Positions 1 through 9,398 are shown, counted from the stretch's first letter. The stretch: DNA of 46,063 nt from Candidatus Krumholzibacteriia bacterium (GCA_025923935.1 JAICFA010000001.1:1-46063), one strand, 5' to 3'. Notes: generated by a model not told the origin, from the sequence alone. Made by a program: numbers and translations.

Positions 1-186
1 GATCTCGCTCAGCATCTCCGGCTCCTGCTGGGTGCCGATGATGATGCGCCCGCCGTGGACCGGGCCCCGGGACGAGTCCGACACGGCAGAGGACGACGCG
101 CGCGCGACGCGCTCATCGGTCGTTCCGCAGGAGAGCGACGCCGCCGCGAGGATCGAACAGAGGGCAACGAGGTGTAACCGGGACAT
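1..186 (-). CDS. Lipoprotein N-terminus, probably a family-5 (peptide/nickel type) ABC substrate-binding protein; the gene continues past the window edge
   Basis: Absent from the ORF track because the window truncates it. Reverse ATG at 184-186 gives MSRLHLVALCSILAAASLSCGTTDE...GGRIIIGTQQEPEMLSEI: a signal peptide with a lipobox-like LSC, then a G-x-I-x-I-G...EP..L segment typical of mature family-5 SBP N-termini. Confidence 0.45.
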   Translation of the reverse strand, partial: MSRLHLVALCSILAAASLSCGTTDERVARASSSAVSDSSRGPVHGGRIIIGTQQEPEMLSEI

Positions 187-238
187 ACACGGCGTGCGTT
201 GCAAGTTCCACGCCGCCAGGAAGTGGGCGCAGGGCGAC

Positions 239-268
239 AAAAAAGGCCGGCCCTTATCGGACCGGCCT
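239..268 (-). terminator. Rho-independent terminator downstream of trxA
   Basis: Minus strand reads AGGCCGG-T-CC-GATAAG-GG-CCGGCCT followed by a T6 run: a 7+2 bp GC stem then a U-tract, starting 24 nt after the trxA stop. Confidence 0.85.
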
Positions 269-291
269 CGCATCAATCGTCGGTGACCGTA

Positions 292-627
292 TTAGCTAGC
301 CAGCACCGCGTCGATCTTGCTGACGAGTGTCTTCTTGGGCTGCGGCCCCAGGCCGATGATTTGCGCCACCATTTCGCCCTTCTTGAAGATCAAAATGGTG
401 GGAATGCTCATCACACCATAGCGCACGGCGATACCCTGGTTGTCGTCGGTGTTGAGCTTGCCGACCTTCAGCTTACCCGCGTACTCCGACGAAATCTCCG
501 CGACAATCGGTGCGATGGCGCGGCACGGTCCGCACCACGGCGCCCAAAAGTCGACGAGGACCGGTCGATCGGCCTCGAGGACCTCCTGGTCGAAGTTGGC
601 GTCGGTAAACTCCAATTCCTGGGACAT
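292..627 (-). CDS. trxA: Thioredoxin
   Basis: MSQELEFTDANFDQEVL...VDFWAPWCGPCRAIAP contains the WCGPC active site. ATG at 625-627 is preceded by GAGGAGGA. The longer track ORF (to 795) is an upstream extension. Confidence 0.95.
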   Translation of the reverse strand: MSQELEFTDANFDQEVLEADRPVLVDFWAPWCGPCRAIAPIVAEISSEYAGKLKVGKLNTDDNQGIAVRYGVMSIPTILIFKKGEMVAQIIGLGPQPKKTLVSKIDAVLAS

Positions 628-688
628 CAATTCCTCCTCGAACGTGTTGTCACTCTCAAGATGGCGGGGATCTCCCCGGGGTCGGCCG

Positions 689-717
689 ATTATCCTCGTC
701 GGCCTCGGGTCTGTAAA
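689..717 (-). promoter_or_regulatory. Candidate sigma70-type promoter for trxA
   Basis: Minus strand: TTTACA (712-717), 17-nt spacer, GATAAT (689-694), about 60 nt upstream of the trxA ATG. Confidence 0.45.
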
Positions 718-871
718 GATGCTTTCCCGTCCCTTTTTCCGCCCTTTCGACGGCGGGCCGCGGTACATCCTTACAGTCCCGGGGCGGGCTCCCACATGCA
801 GCGCGGCAGGATGCTTGCCGCGGCCGCACCGGTGTGCTTATGTTGCATCCGGCGTCGTTGCCCTAACCAAT

Positions 872-1669
872 ATGTCGCGAACCTTTCGAGCTCAACCGCC
901 GTTTTCCGGACCCTCGTTCTTCGAGTCCGCCGTGGGACGAATCATCCTCGTCACCTTGGCGATGTTTTTTCTCCAGAACCTGTTTCCGATGGTCGAACGC
1001 TACCTCACCCTGGTTCCGCGCGACGTCGTCGAGCGGCTCTTCCTCTGGCAGTTGGTCACCTACATGTTCCTGCACGGAGGCTTCTGGCACCTCTTTTTCA
1101 ACCTGCTCGTTCTTTACTTCGTCGGGAACATGGTGGAAGGGGTATGGGGCCGCAAGCGCTTCATGCGCTACTACCTCGCCTGCGGTGTGGGCGGTGGGTT
1201 ACTGTCGATGCTGATCAACTACCCATCAAGCGTGGTGGGCGCAAGCGGCGCCATCTTCGGACTGTTTCTCGCCGCCGCGATGCTGTTCCCCGACGCCTAC
1301 GTGTACCTCTATTTCGTGGTCCCCGTGAAGATCAAGTATTTCGTGATCGGACTCGCCGTGCTGAACCTGGCCTGGGGAATCGCCGGTCCATCGGGTGTCG
1401 CCTACTTCGCCCACTTGGGCGGCATGATCACCGGCTTGTTTTTCTTTCGCTACGAGATTGCGTCCCGGCTGGGCTGGGTGGTACCGCGCCGCCGCGGTCC
1501 GACGTGGCGCCCGCGCGTCGGTATTCCCAAGCCGCGACGCTCGCACGACCCCGCCAAGATCGACTCGATCCTGGACAAGATCTCGGCCAAGGGCTACGAG
1601 AACTTGACACCGACCGAGAAGCGAATTTTGGAGAATTACAGCCGCCAGCAACGCGAACCCGGCGAGTAA
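872..1669 (+). CDS. Rhomboid-family intramembrane serine protease with a short soluble C-terminal tail
   Basis: Catalytic motifs GASGAIFG (Ser) and AHLGGM (His) within multiple TM segments. Start taken at ATG 872 (MSRTFRAQPP...). The track ORF from 440 overlaps trxA antisense. Confidence 0.85.
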   Translation: MSRTFRAQPPFSGPSFFESAVGRIILVTLAMFFLQNLFPMVERYLTLVPRDVVERLFLWQLVTYMFLHGGFWHLFFNLLVLYFVGNMVEGVWGRKRFMRYYLACGVGGGLLSMLINYPSSVVGASGAIFGLFLAAAMLFPDAYVYLYFVVPVKIKYFVIGLAVLNLAWGIAGPSGVAYFAHLGGMITGLFFFRYEIASRLGWVVPRRRGPTWRPRVGIPKPRRSHDPAKIDSILDKISAKGYENLTPTEKRILENYSRQQREPGE

Positions 1670-1812
1670 CTGATTGCCGCGATGACTTCGATTGTCCCTC
1701 CGCTCATACGTCCTCGCGCGAAACATTTGAAATCGCGCTGCGGAAATCGCGTCGGAACAACCGAAGTCATCCGACAACGACAGAGGGAAAGAAAGCCCGA
1801 AGGCGCCCTTGA

Positions 1813-2301
1813 TTAGTTGCCGTTTTTGGTGGCGGAGGCGAGGGCGGCTTTTTCTTCTTCGCCGAGAGGGCGGGCAGGTTCTCCCGTCTTGATCTCCACC
1901 GCGTAGCTGCGGCTGAAGTTCGTTCCCACCAGGTTCGAGATCAAAATGCCGTTCTGATTCTCGTCGAGCAGGCACAGCGAATAGCTTTGCTGTCCCGCAA
2001 CACCGTCGAAGGCGTTGTAGCGCACGATGCTCATGCGCTTGAAGTGGGTGCGGGCTTCGACCAAGGCTTGCTGAAACGCGTCTTGCAACTCGCGCACGTC
2101 GCGCCCGTTGTTTTCAACCGCGGCGAGCAGCTTCGGGAGCGTGTCGATGTTCCCTTCGCTCTTGTCGGTCAGCCACGAGAATCGCCCCGACATCGAGCGC
2201 AGTCGCATCAGCGCAGCGATTCCGAGGATGACGCCGAGCGCTCCGAGTGCTACGGCGCCCAGTACGACGTACTCAAAACCGATTTGATCCACTTGATCCA
2301 C
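1813..2301 (-). CDS. DUF4446-family membrane-anchored protein
   Basis: One N-terminal TM segment (VVLGAVALGALGVILGIAALM), then ...MSIVRYNAFDGVAGQQSYSLCLLDENQNGILISNL..., characteristic of DUF4446. GTG start with a GAGGGGG SD. Confidence 0.75.
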   Translation of the reverse strand: MDQVDQIGFEYVVLGAVALGALGVILGIAALMRLRSMSGRFSWLTDKSEGNIDTLPKLLAAVENNGRDVRELQDAFQQALVEARTHFKRMSIVRYNAFDGVAGQQSYSLCLLDENQNGILISNLVGTNFSRSYAVEIKTGEPARPLGEEEKAALASATKNGN

Positions 2302-2419
2302 ATTGCCCCCTCTGTCGGACCGACTGGCTAAGCAAATCCGCGGCCAATCTAATACGGCCCGAGCGACGGTGTAAACAGCAATGTGGGCAGGATCGCGGCG
2401 TCCTCAAGCCCATTCTCGA

Positions 2420-3844
2420 CTAGTAGCGCACCTCCGCGGTGTAGGTGAGCTCGGACGAGCCCTTCGCCTTGACCGGGACGTCGAAGCGCACGCGGTGTGA
2501 GGCTTCTTTCTCGAACTTCTGCGACGAGGTGGTGATGGTCCAATCGCCCGCCATCAGCTCCACCACCTGCACGCTGATGTCCTCGCTCTTGTGATTGCGC
2601 AGCGTCACTTTGTACGACGAGCGATACAGGTGCCCGCTGGAGAGAACTTCGAAATTGGTTTGTACGCGCTCGGCCACCACGTCGAACGCATCGCCCATCT
2701 TGATGCGGATGGTTTCGTCCTCCGGGGTGTGATCGATGCGGTCTTCGCCGATGAATTGCAACGAACCGGCGGAGTCCTTCTTGTAAACGCGCACGATGCC
2801 CTTGGGCAACGGCATGCCCATTCCGTTCTTCTTCGAATTGTCGAGCGAAACGTACACGCCGACTTTGGTTTTGTCGCTCTCGGGCAGGCGCGAGAACCAA
2901 TACTGGACCTCGGGCTGCACCACGTACGTCTTCTTGACGCTCACGTTTTCGGCGTCCAACAAGGAGATTTGTTTGGTCTGGCGGTCGCGCACCGTCGCCG
3001 GACGCTCCAGCGTGTAGAGGTGGTACTCAAAAAAACCTTCTTCGCGGAAATTTGCCTGCTTGGCCACACCGCGCGCCGCCATGTTCTCCGCCATCTCCAT
3101 GGGTTGGTATTCAGGAAGCACGCGATGGACGTCGCCGGCCACCAGCTTGAGCGCCGCGTTCCGGTAGGTGGCACCGCTTTGGTTGTCGATAGTCACCCAG
3201 CCCGACAAGTCCGTCTTGGAGTCGTCGGCGGCGAGCACGGCGACGTAATCGGAGCGCCAGCCGATGCCCCCGGTCAGGTAGCTCGCTTCCACCGTGTGTT
3301 TGGTGCGACTGGTGTCGAGCAGCCACACCAGCGACGGCTCGGAGATGAGTCCGGCCGGCAACGCAGGCAGGACGACGCGCCCGGGTGGATTGATGGCAAT
3401 CTTGCCGTTCTCGAGCTCGTAGACGGTGCCACCTTGGGTGCCGATCAGCTTCGCGCGGATGGTTTCGTCGTCCTTGCCTTCGCGCGTGGTGACCAGCTCC
3501 ACGGTTTGGCCGATGTACTTCTGCATCAGCCGCTCCGGAGAGACCAAGTCGTACTCGAAGTTCTGCTCGACCACCGCGAGTGCATCGGGCGCGTCGACGG
3601 AGCGAATGTGCACCGTGGTGGGGTCGATCTGCGCGGCCACGCCTTCGAACCAGAGGCTCTGCTGGCCGTTCTTCAAGCTCAGCGTGCGCACGTCCTTCAC
3701 CAGCCCCAAGTTGTCGTTGTAGATGGTGATGCTGACCGACTTTTGGTCGGCGGGCGTGCTGCGCGTATCCGCGGCGACCGAAGGCGAGGTACCGGCCGCG
3801 GCGGCCAGCGCGAGCGTGCTGATCATGGAAACGTTACGAATCAT
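2420..3844 (-). CDS. Secreted DUF4139 (DUF4140/DUF4139) domain protein
   Basis: MIRNVSMISTLALAAAAGTSPSVAA signal peptide, then ITIYNDNLGLVKDVRTLSLKNGQQSLWFEGVAAQIDPTTVHIRS, typical of the DUF4140/DUF4139 family. ATG 3842-3844 follows a GGAGGAG SD. Confidence 0.8.
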   Translation of the reverse strand: MIRNVSMISTLALAAAAGTSPSVAADTRSTPADQKSVSITIYNDNLGLVKDVRTLSLKNGQQSLWFEGVAAQIDPTTVHIRSVDAPDALAVVEQNFEYDLVSPERLMQKYIGQTVELVTTREGKDDETIRAKLIGTQGGTVYELENGKIAINPPGRVVLPALPAGLISEPSLVWLLDTSRTKHTVEASYLTGGIGWRSDYVAVLAADDSKTDLSGWVTIDNQSGATYRNAALKLVAGDVHRVLPEYQPMEMAENMAARGVAKQANFREEGFFEYHLYTLERPATVRDRQTKQISLLDAENVSVKKTYVVQPEVQYWFSRLPESDKTKVGVYVSLDNSKKNGMGMPLPKGIVRVYKKDSAGSLQFIGEDRIDHTPEDETIRIKMGDAFDVVAERVQTNFEVLSSGHLYRSSYKVTLRNHKSEDISVQVVELMAGDWTITTSSQKFEKEASHRVRFDVPVKAKGSSELTYTAEVRY

Positions 3845-3913
3845 TGAAACTCCTCCTACGATTACCCGTGAGTCGTCACAACAGCGCATTTGGTTTTGCA
3901 AACTTTGACCGGG

Positions 3914-3942
3914 AACGAAAACGGGACGCATGTGCGTCCCGT
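3914..3942 (-). terminator. Probable intrinsic terminator after tRNA-Leu, ending the gap-pgk-tpiA-secG-tRNA unit
   Basis: Perfect 10-bp inverted repeat ACGGGACGCA/TGCGTCCCGT (3921-3942), followed on the minus strand by TTTCGTT. It starts 17 nt past the tRNA 3' end. Confidence 0.55.
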
Positions 3943-3958
3943 CTCGATGAGTTTTCCA

Positions 3959-4045
3959 TGGTGCCCAGGGCGGGACTCGAACCCGCACAGACTTTCGTCT
4001 ACTACCCCCTCAAGATAGCGTGTCTGCCAATTCCACCACCTGGGC
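3959..4045 (-). tRNA. leuU: tRNA-Leu, anticodon GAG, type II with long variable arm, CCA encoded
   Basis: Reverse complement: GCCCAGGTGGTGGAATTGGCAGACACGCTATCTTGAGGGGGTAGTAGACGAAAGTCTGTGCGGGTTCGAGTCCCGCCCTGGGCACCA. Acceptor stem GCCCAGG/CCTGGGC, anticodon stem CTATC/GGTAG with loop TTGAGGG (GAG), T-arm GCGGG-TTCGAGT-CCCGC, 87 nt. Confidence 0.93.
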
Positions 4046-4072
4046 AGCTCAATGCAAGCGTTTGGGCGACCG

Positions 4073-4447
4073 TCAGGGCTTCGAGGTTGTGTCCGCGCCG
4101 GCCGCGGCCGAATCCGCGCCACCCAGAATCTCGTCGATGGACTGACCCGACGGGATCACGTTTTGGTTTTGCTCCGCGGCTTCGCGAACCAGGCTGCGCG
4201 AGGTGGGCGTCGAGCGCCGCGCCGACAGGAACGCGAGCAAAAGCGACAGCACCATGAACGCGATGGCGAGGTAAGTGGTCGCCTTGCTGAGGAACGTCGC
4301 GGTTTCCTGGCCGCCGAACATGGTCTGGCCACCGCCGCCGCCAAACGCACCGGCCAGCCCGCCTCCCTTGCTCGACTGCAACAGGACGACGAGAATCAAC
4401 ACGATGCACACGACTACGTGGAGACCAATCAACAGGTTGAACAGCAT
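4073..4447 (-). CDS. secG: Preprotein translocase subunit SecG
   Basis: MLFNLLIGLHVVVCIVLILVVLLQSSKGGGLAGAFGGGGGQTMFG... shows the SecG two-TM and Gly-rich loop signature. ATG 4445-4447 has an AAGGA SD. Confidence 0.9.
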   Translation of the reverse strand: MLFNLLIGLHVVVCIVLILVVLLQSSKGGGLAGAFGGGGGQTMFGGQETATFLSKATTYLAIAFMVLSLLLAFLSARRSTPTSRSLVREAAEQNQNVIPSGQSIDEILGGADSAAAGADTTSKP

Positions 4448-4552
4448 CGAAATATCCTTGGTTTTCCGCGGGGAACCCGCCAACAAAAATGCGGTGAGGT
4501 GCCACCGCGTGGCGGGAGACTAGCAAACGAGCCCCGCAAAGTCAAACGGGCA

Positions 4553-5317
4553 CTAGGCAGCGGGGACCGCACCCGCAATCGCGGCGAATGAGCCGGCGTC
4601 GAGGCTCGCTCCCCCTACCAATAAACCGTCGATGTCCTCGCGGGCCAACAGCTCGGCGGCGTTGTCCGGGTTGACGCTCCCCCCGTACTGGATGCGCGCT
4701 ACCGCGGCCGCGGTCTCGCCGAAACGGGTCTGCATCCAGTCGCGAATGGCGCGGTGCATCGCCACGGCATCCTCCGCGCTGGCGGTGCGCCCGGTACCGA
4801 TCGCCCATACCGGCTCGTACGCGATCACGGTGGGGGCGGCCGCGCGCTCGTCCACCGCTTCGAAGGCCGTCGTGAGCTGCCGCTCCACCACGCCGGTTTG
4901 GCGGCCCGCTTCGCGCTCGGCGAGGGTTTCCCCGACGCACAGAATCGGAATGAGCGAGGCGCGCAACGCGGCGGCCAACTTCTTCGCCACCACCGCGTCG
5001 GACTCACCCATGAGGTGGCGCCGCTCGGAGTGCCCGACGATCACGTAGGTGGCACCCGCATCTTGCAGCATCGCGGCCGACACCTCGCCGGTAAACGCGC
5101 CGCTTGCTTCCCAATGCAAATCTTGGGCACCCACGTGAATCTGGGTTCCGGCCAGCGTATCCGCGACCGGCCGCACCGAGAAAAACGGAGGAATGATGAC
5201 GATGTCGCACGCGTCCGCCAAGTCGGAGCGGCGGCTAAACTCGCGCGCGAATGTCTCCGCCGCGGAGATGCTTTTGTTCATCTTCCAGTTGGCGGCGATG
5301 ATCTTGCGGCGGTGCAT
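4553..5317 (-). CDS. tpiA: Triosephosphate isomerase
   Basis: IIAANWKMNK, GHSERR and AYEPVWAIGTG motifs. Confidence 0.97.
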   Translation of the reverse strand: MHRRKIIAANWKMNKSISAAETFAREFSRRSDLADACDIVIIPPFFSVRPVADTLAGTQIHVGAQDLHWEASGAFTGEVSAAMLQDAGATYVIVGHSERRHLMGESDAVVAKKLAAALRASLIPILCVGETLAEREAGRQTGVVERQLTTAFEAVDERAAAPTVIAYEPVWAIGTGRTASAEDAVAMHRAIRDWMQTRFGETAAAVARIQYGGSVNPDNAAELLAREDIDGLLVGGASLDAGSFAAIAGAVPAA

Positions 5318-5344
5318 GCAGGCGTTAAGTGTTCCCCGCGGGAA

Positions 5345-6556
5345 TCAGCCGGCCACTTCGGCGACGTCGCACAACGCTTCGATTCCGGGGAGCGTGCGTC
5401 CTTCCATGAACTCGAGCGAAGCGCCGCCGCCGGTGGAGATGTGCGTGAAGCGGTTCGCAATGCCCATCAAGTTGATGGCTGCGACGCTGTCGCCTCCGCC
5501 CACGATGGTCTTGGCACCGCGGTCGGTCGCGTCGGCGATGGCGCGCGCGATGGCCTTGGTTCCCTCGGCGAACGTGGGCTTTTCGAACACACCCATGGGC
5601 CCGTTCCAAAACGCCGTCTTGGCGCTCGCAATCTGTGCCTTGAACAAGTCGACCGTCTTGGGACCGATGTCGACGCCGATCCAGTCTTCGGGAATGTCGG
5701 CGATGGATACTTCGCGCGCCGGCGCGTTGTCGTCGATCTCCTGCGCCACGATGGTATCCACGGGCAGCAGCAAGCGTCCGCGACCGGGCCGCGTCTTGGC
5801 CAACAGCTCCTTGCACATTGGGAGATATTTTTCGTCCACGATGCTCTTGCCAACTTCCAAGCCCGACGCCTTGAAGAAGGTGTACATCATGCCGCCGCCC
5901 ACCAACAACGCATCCACCCGCTCGAGCAAACTCTTGATCAAGTCGATCTTGCCGGCAATCTTGGCCCCACCCAGCACCGCGATGAAGGGACGCGCCGGAT
6001 TGTTGAGTGCTTCGCCCAGCGCATTGAGCTCTTTTTCCATCAAGAACCCGGCAGCGCGCAGCGCGATGTATTCGGTGACACCAACGGTGGAGGCGTGGGC
6101 GCGGTGCGCGGTGCCAAAGGCGTCGTTGACGTAGATGTCGCCGTGCTGCGCGAGCTCGCGCGCGAAGACGGGCGAGTTCTCCTCTTCGCCGGCATGGAAG
6201 CGCAGGTTTTCCAACAAAAGGATGTCGCCGTCGCGCATCGCGGCTACCTTTTGGCGCACATCCTCTCCGATGCAGTCGTGCGCGAACCGCAAGGGATTGC
6301 GCACCAGCTCCGCCAGCCGTGCGGCCACCGGAGCCAGGCTCAAGTCGGGGTTACGCTGCCCGCGCGGGCGGCCCAAATGGCTCATCAGGATCAAGCGGCC
6401 GCCGCGGTCGACCACGTCGCGAACCGTCGGCAGCGACTCGATGATGCGCGTGTCGTCGGTGATCGCGCGATCGCTGTCGAGTGGAACATTGAAATCAACG
6501 CGTGCCAGCACGCGCTTGCCCTTGACGTCACAGTCACGAATAGAAAGTTTTTTCAT
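5345..6556 (-). CDS. pgk: Phosphoglycerate kinase
   Basis: Full-length PGK: RVDFNVPL, ILMSHLGRP, FWNGPMGVFE, STGGGASLE. Confidence 0.97.
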   Translation of the reverse strand: MKKLSIRDCDVKGKRVLARVDFNVPLDSDRAITDDTRIIESLPTVRDVVDRGGRLILMSHLGRPRGQRNPDLSLAPVAARLAELVRNPLRFAHDCIGEDVRQKVAAMRDGDILLLENLRFHAGEEENSPVFARELAQHGDIYVNDAFGTAHRAHASTVGVTEYIALRAAGFLMEKELNALGEALNNPARPFIAVLGGAKIAGKIDLIKSLLERVDALLVGGGMMYTFFKASGLEVGKSIVDEKYLPMCKELLAKTRPGRGRLLLPVDTIVAQEIDDNAPAREVSIADIPEDWIGVDIGPKTVDLFKAQIASAKTAFWNGPMGVFEKPTFAEGTKAIARAIADATDRGAKTIVGGGDSVAAINLMGIANRFTHISTGGGASLEFMEGRTLPGIEALCDVAEVAG

Positions 6557-6568
6557 CCGTCCTCACCC

Positions 6569-7567
6569 TCATCGTCCGATGAGACGCAGCATGTCCACCA
6601 TACGGCCGGAGTAGCCGTACTCGTTGTCGTACCAAGCGAGAACCTTGAAGAAGCGGTCCCCGATCGCCATCGTCGACTTGGCGTCGAAAATAGCCGAGTG
6701 GGGGTTGCCGATAATGTCGACCGACACGATCGGATCTTCGGTGTACTCGATGATGTCTTTGAGCGCACCCTTCGAGGCTTCCAGCATCGCTTTGTTGATG
6801 GCGTCGATGGAGGCTGCCTTGTCGACACCGAAAGTAAAGTCGATCAGCGATCCGTCGCACACCGGCACGCGCACCGCGGTGCCGTCGATCTTCCCCTTGA
6901 GCTCGGGCAGCACCTTGGTGACGGCTTTGGCCGCGCCCGTCGTGGTCGGGATCATGGAGAGCGCGGCCGCGCGCGCGCGCCGCAAGTCTTTGTGCGGCTG
7001 ATCCAGAATCACCTGGTCATTAGTATACGCGTGGATCGTCATCATGAGCCCGTTGGTGATGCCGAAGGTGTCGTTGATCACCTTCGCCACCGGCGCCATG
7101 CAGTTGGTGGTGCACGACGCGGTCGAAATAATGGTGTGCTTCGCTTCGTCGAACTGGTCGTCGTTGACCCCCATCACGATGGTGATGTCGGGGTCGGTGG
7201 CGGGCGCCGAGATCAGCACGCGGCGGGCACCCGCGGCGAGATGCTTGGCGGCGTCGTCGCGCTTGGTGAAAAATCCGGTCGACTCGACCACCACGTCGAC
7301 GCCGAGTTTTTTCCACGGCAGCTTGGCGGGATCTTTTTCCGACAGAACATCGAGCACGTCGTCGCCGACGCGCATGCCGGTCTCGGTCGGTGTGACATCG
7401 GCGGGAAAGCGACCGTGCACGGAATCGTATTTCAACAGGTGGGCGAGAATAGCGGGGCTCGTGAGGTCGTTCACCGCGACCACGTCGAAGCGCGGGTCGT
7501 TGAACGCGTGACGATAGACGAGCCTTCCGATGCGTCCGAATCCGTTGATCGCTACCTTGATCGCCAA
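6569..7567 (-). CDS. gap: Type I glyceraldehyde-3-phosphate dehydrogenase
   Basis: INGFGRIGR, catalytic ASCTTNC, WYDNEYGYS. Start is TTG at 7565-7567, 7 nt after AAGGAGGA. Confidence 0.96.
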   Translation of the reverse strand: MAIKVAINGFGRIGRLVYRHAFNDPRFDVVAVNDLTSPAILAHLLKYDSVHGRFPADVTPTETGMRVGDDVLDVLSEKDPAKLPWKKLGVDVVVESTGFFTKRDDAAKHLAAGARRVLISAPATDPDITIVMGVNDDQFDEAKHTIISTASCTTNCMAPVAKVINDTFGITNGLMMTIHAYTNDQVILDQPHKDLRRARAAALSMIPTTTGAAKAVTKVLPELKGKIDGTAVRVPVCDGSLIDFTFGVDKAASIDAINKAMLEASKGALKDIIEYTEDPIVSVDIIGNPHSAIFDAKSTMAIGDRFFKVLAWYDNEYGYSGRMVDMLRLIGR

Positions 7568-7672
7568 AGTCCAATCCTCCTTGGGGAACGGGCCGAGCTA
7601 CCAACCTAAATGAAAGATGACCGGGGTGGCAAATGCATCTGGAACATCCGGCACAACCGCTGCGGTCCGGCT

Positions 7673-7701
7673 AGCATAACAGCGGCGGAAGTCGTTGTCA
7701 A
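7673..7701 (-). promoter_or_regulatory. Candidate sigma70-type promoter of the gap-pgk-tpiA-secG-tRNA-Leu unit
   Basis: Minus strand: TTGACA (7696-7701), 17-nt spacer, TATGCT (7673-7678). Lies in the 177-nt gap between the comF-like stop and gap. Confidence 0.5.
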
Positions 7702-7744
7702 GATTGCATTAACGCCTCTTCTGCCGGGGCTTTACGCCACCGTC

Positions 7745-8575
7745 TCAGGGGCGGTAGCCCACGCACGCGACGCGCACCTCGCGCGCCCCCGCGGCGTAAA
7801 GCGCGGCGGCACACGCGGCCGCGGTGGCACCCGTGGTCACCAAATCGTCGATCAGAACGACGCAGTGCCCCGCCACGCGCGCTCTTTCCACGACGGCGAA
7901 TGCACCGGCGACATTGCGCGCGCGCTCGGCACCATCCAATGTCGATTGCGGCGCCGTCGCCCGCGTTTTCGCCAGGCCTCGGGGAACGAAGGCGGCGCCG
8001 CAATTCGCCGCGAACGCACTCGCCACGCGCTCCGCCTGGTTGAAACCGCGGCGGCGCAGCGAGGCCGGATCCGTCGGCACCGCGACGATCCTCGCGGTCC
8101 CCGCGGAAGACAGTGCGGCCGCCGGGAGACCGGCGGACATGGCGCGGGCGAGCCACGGACCTAGGCGCTCGCGGCGGGCAAACTTGAGCGCGTGCACGAC
8201 GGCGAGCAGGCGGTCATCGGTTTCGAAGGCCGCCCACACACGCAGCTCGCGGTCATGCGCGAGCGGCAGCGGTGATGTGGGTTCCATCCCGGCGCCGGAA
8301 TTGAGCGAGACGGCGCCGTCGCAGTGAATCGTGCCCACGCGCACGGGCTCGTGCACGGCAGACAGGCGGTGGCAGCACGCACGGCAAAGCGGGTGAGTGT
8401 CCACGCCGGCGAAGCGAGGACCGACGTGCAACGGTTGGGCGAGTGCGGCGGCGGCGGCGTGCGGGGGAACCGCGAGTGATCGCAACGCGACGACCGGTCG
8501 GCCGCAGGCGTGACAGTCCTCGCGCGCTAGAAAGTCCGCGAGCGCTTGCAGCGCGTAACCGACCCCAGCCACCAC
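7745..8575 (-). CDS. ComF-family phosphoribosyltransferase-domain protein
   Basis: N-terminal Cys pairs (CHACG...CRACC). C-terminal PRTase motif VVLIDDLVTTGAT. RRRGFNQAE is typical of ComF. GTG start; the exact start is uncertain. Confidence 0.8.
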   Translation of the reverse strand: MVAGVGYALQALADFLAREDCHACGRPVVALRSLAVPPHAAAAALAQPLHVGPRFAGVDTHPLCRACCHRLSAVHEPVRVGTIHCDGAVSLNSGAGMEPTSPLPLAHDRELRVWAAFETDDRLLAVVHALKFARRERLGPWLARAMSAGLPAAALSSAGTARIVAVPTDPASLRRRGFNQAERVASAFAANCGAAFVPRGLAKTRATAPQSTLDGAERARNVAGAFAVVERARVAGHCVVLIDDLVTTGATAAACAAALYAAGAREVRVACVGYRP

Positions 8576-8594
8576 CCCGCCTCCCCGGAGCGCG

Positions 8595-9398
8595 TCACGC
8601 GCGCGCTTCGGCCGGTACCCGCGACCGCCGCATCAGGAGCATCATCCCGAGGAGGATCAGCCCGATCGATATCACCTGGTTGAACGAGAGCCCGAAGAGA
8701 ACGCGCGCGTTCGATTCGTAAATGCGGAAGAAATCGACCACGAAGCGCCCGATACCGTAGAGCACGAGCAAGAGCCCGAACGTCGAGCCCGGCTTTTTGA
8801 GCTTGGGCTGCAGGGCCATCAACGCGACGAAAATGATGAGGCCCTTGAGGGATGAGTAGATTTGCGCCGGGTGGAGGGCGACGGTTTGGCGCCCCATCTC
8901 TTGCGCCAATTGCGCGGCCGCGTGCCCCGCCGGGCTATCGGGCGGAAACACCATGCCGACCGCACTGTCGGTGGGTTTGCCGTAACAGCAGCCGCTGAGA
9001 AAGCACCCCACGCGCGTGAACACCAAGCCCAGCGCGATCGACGGCGCGACCACGTCGGCCACCGTCAAGAACGACAGGCGGTGGCGCTTGATCCACCAGT
9101 ACGACGCCGCCACCGCGAGCAGGAAGCCACCGTAGAAGGTCGCACCCCCCTGCCACAGGGCGAACACGTCGAGCGGGTTTTGGTATTGGTCGAGGTGAAA
9201 CGCCACGTACAAGAGGCGCGATCCCACGACCGCGGCGAGGATGATGACCACGCTCAAGTCGAGGATCTTCTGCGCGTCGATGCCGCGCTGCTTGGCGCGG
9301 CGGCCCGCCAGCCAAATGCCCAGCAGGAAGCTGAACGCCAGCATGAAGCCGTACGAGCGAATCTGTAGGCGGCCGAATTCGATCAATACCGGGTGCAT
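8595..9398 (-). CDS. lgt: Prolipoprotein diacylglyceryl transferase
   Basis: MHPVLIEFGRLQIRSYGFMLAFSFLLG...QGGATFYGGF...GRFVVDFFR matches the Lgt family along its whole length. ATG has a GAGGA SD. Confidence 0.93.
   Translation of the reverse strand: MHPVLIEFGRLQIRSYGFMLAFSFLLGIWLAGRRAKQRGIDAQKILDLSVVIILAAVVGSRLLYVAFHLDQYQNPLDVFALWQGGATFYGGFLLAVAASYWWIKRHRLSFLTVADVVAPSIALGLVFTRVGCFLSGCCYGKPTDSAVGMVFPPDSPAGHAAAQLAQEMGRQTVALHPAQIYSSLKGLIIFVALMALQPKLKKPGSTFGLLLVLYGIGRFVVDFFRIYESNARVLFGLSFNQVISIGLILLGMMLLMRRSRVPAEARA

Noticed and set aside
199-1812. 537-aa plus-strand ORF spanning trxA, the divergent promoter region and the rhomboid gene.
   Set aside because: It is out of frame with, or antisense to, two well-supported genes. 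It is Arg/Pro-rich with no motifs.
1785-1812. Hairpin-like GCC-TTCG-GGC followed by TTTCTTTCCC downstream of the DUF4446 gene.
   Set aside because: The stem is only 3 bp, too weak to call a terminator.
2281-2301. Tandem 9-bp duplication GTGGATCAA-GTGGATCAA at the 5' end of the DUF4446 gene.
   Set aside because: It simply encodes (M)DQ-VDQ and offers two alternative GTG starts. There is no evidence of wider repeat structure.
4754-7609. 951-aa ORF on the plus strand, the longest plus-strand ORF in the track.
   Set aside because: It lies antisense to tpiA, pgk and gap, all of which carry unmistakable catalytic motifs. Its translation is low-complexity and R/G/H/D/A-rich with no recognisable domain. 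This is the typical open antisense frame of GC-rich DNA.
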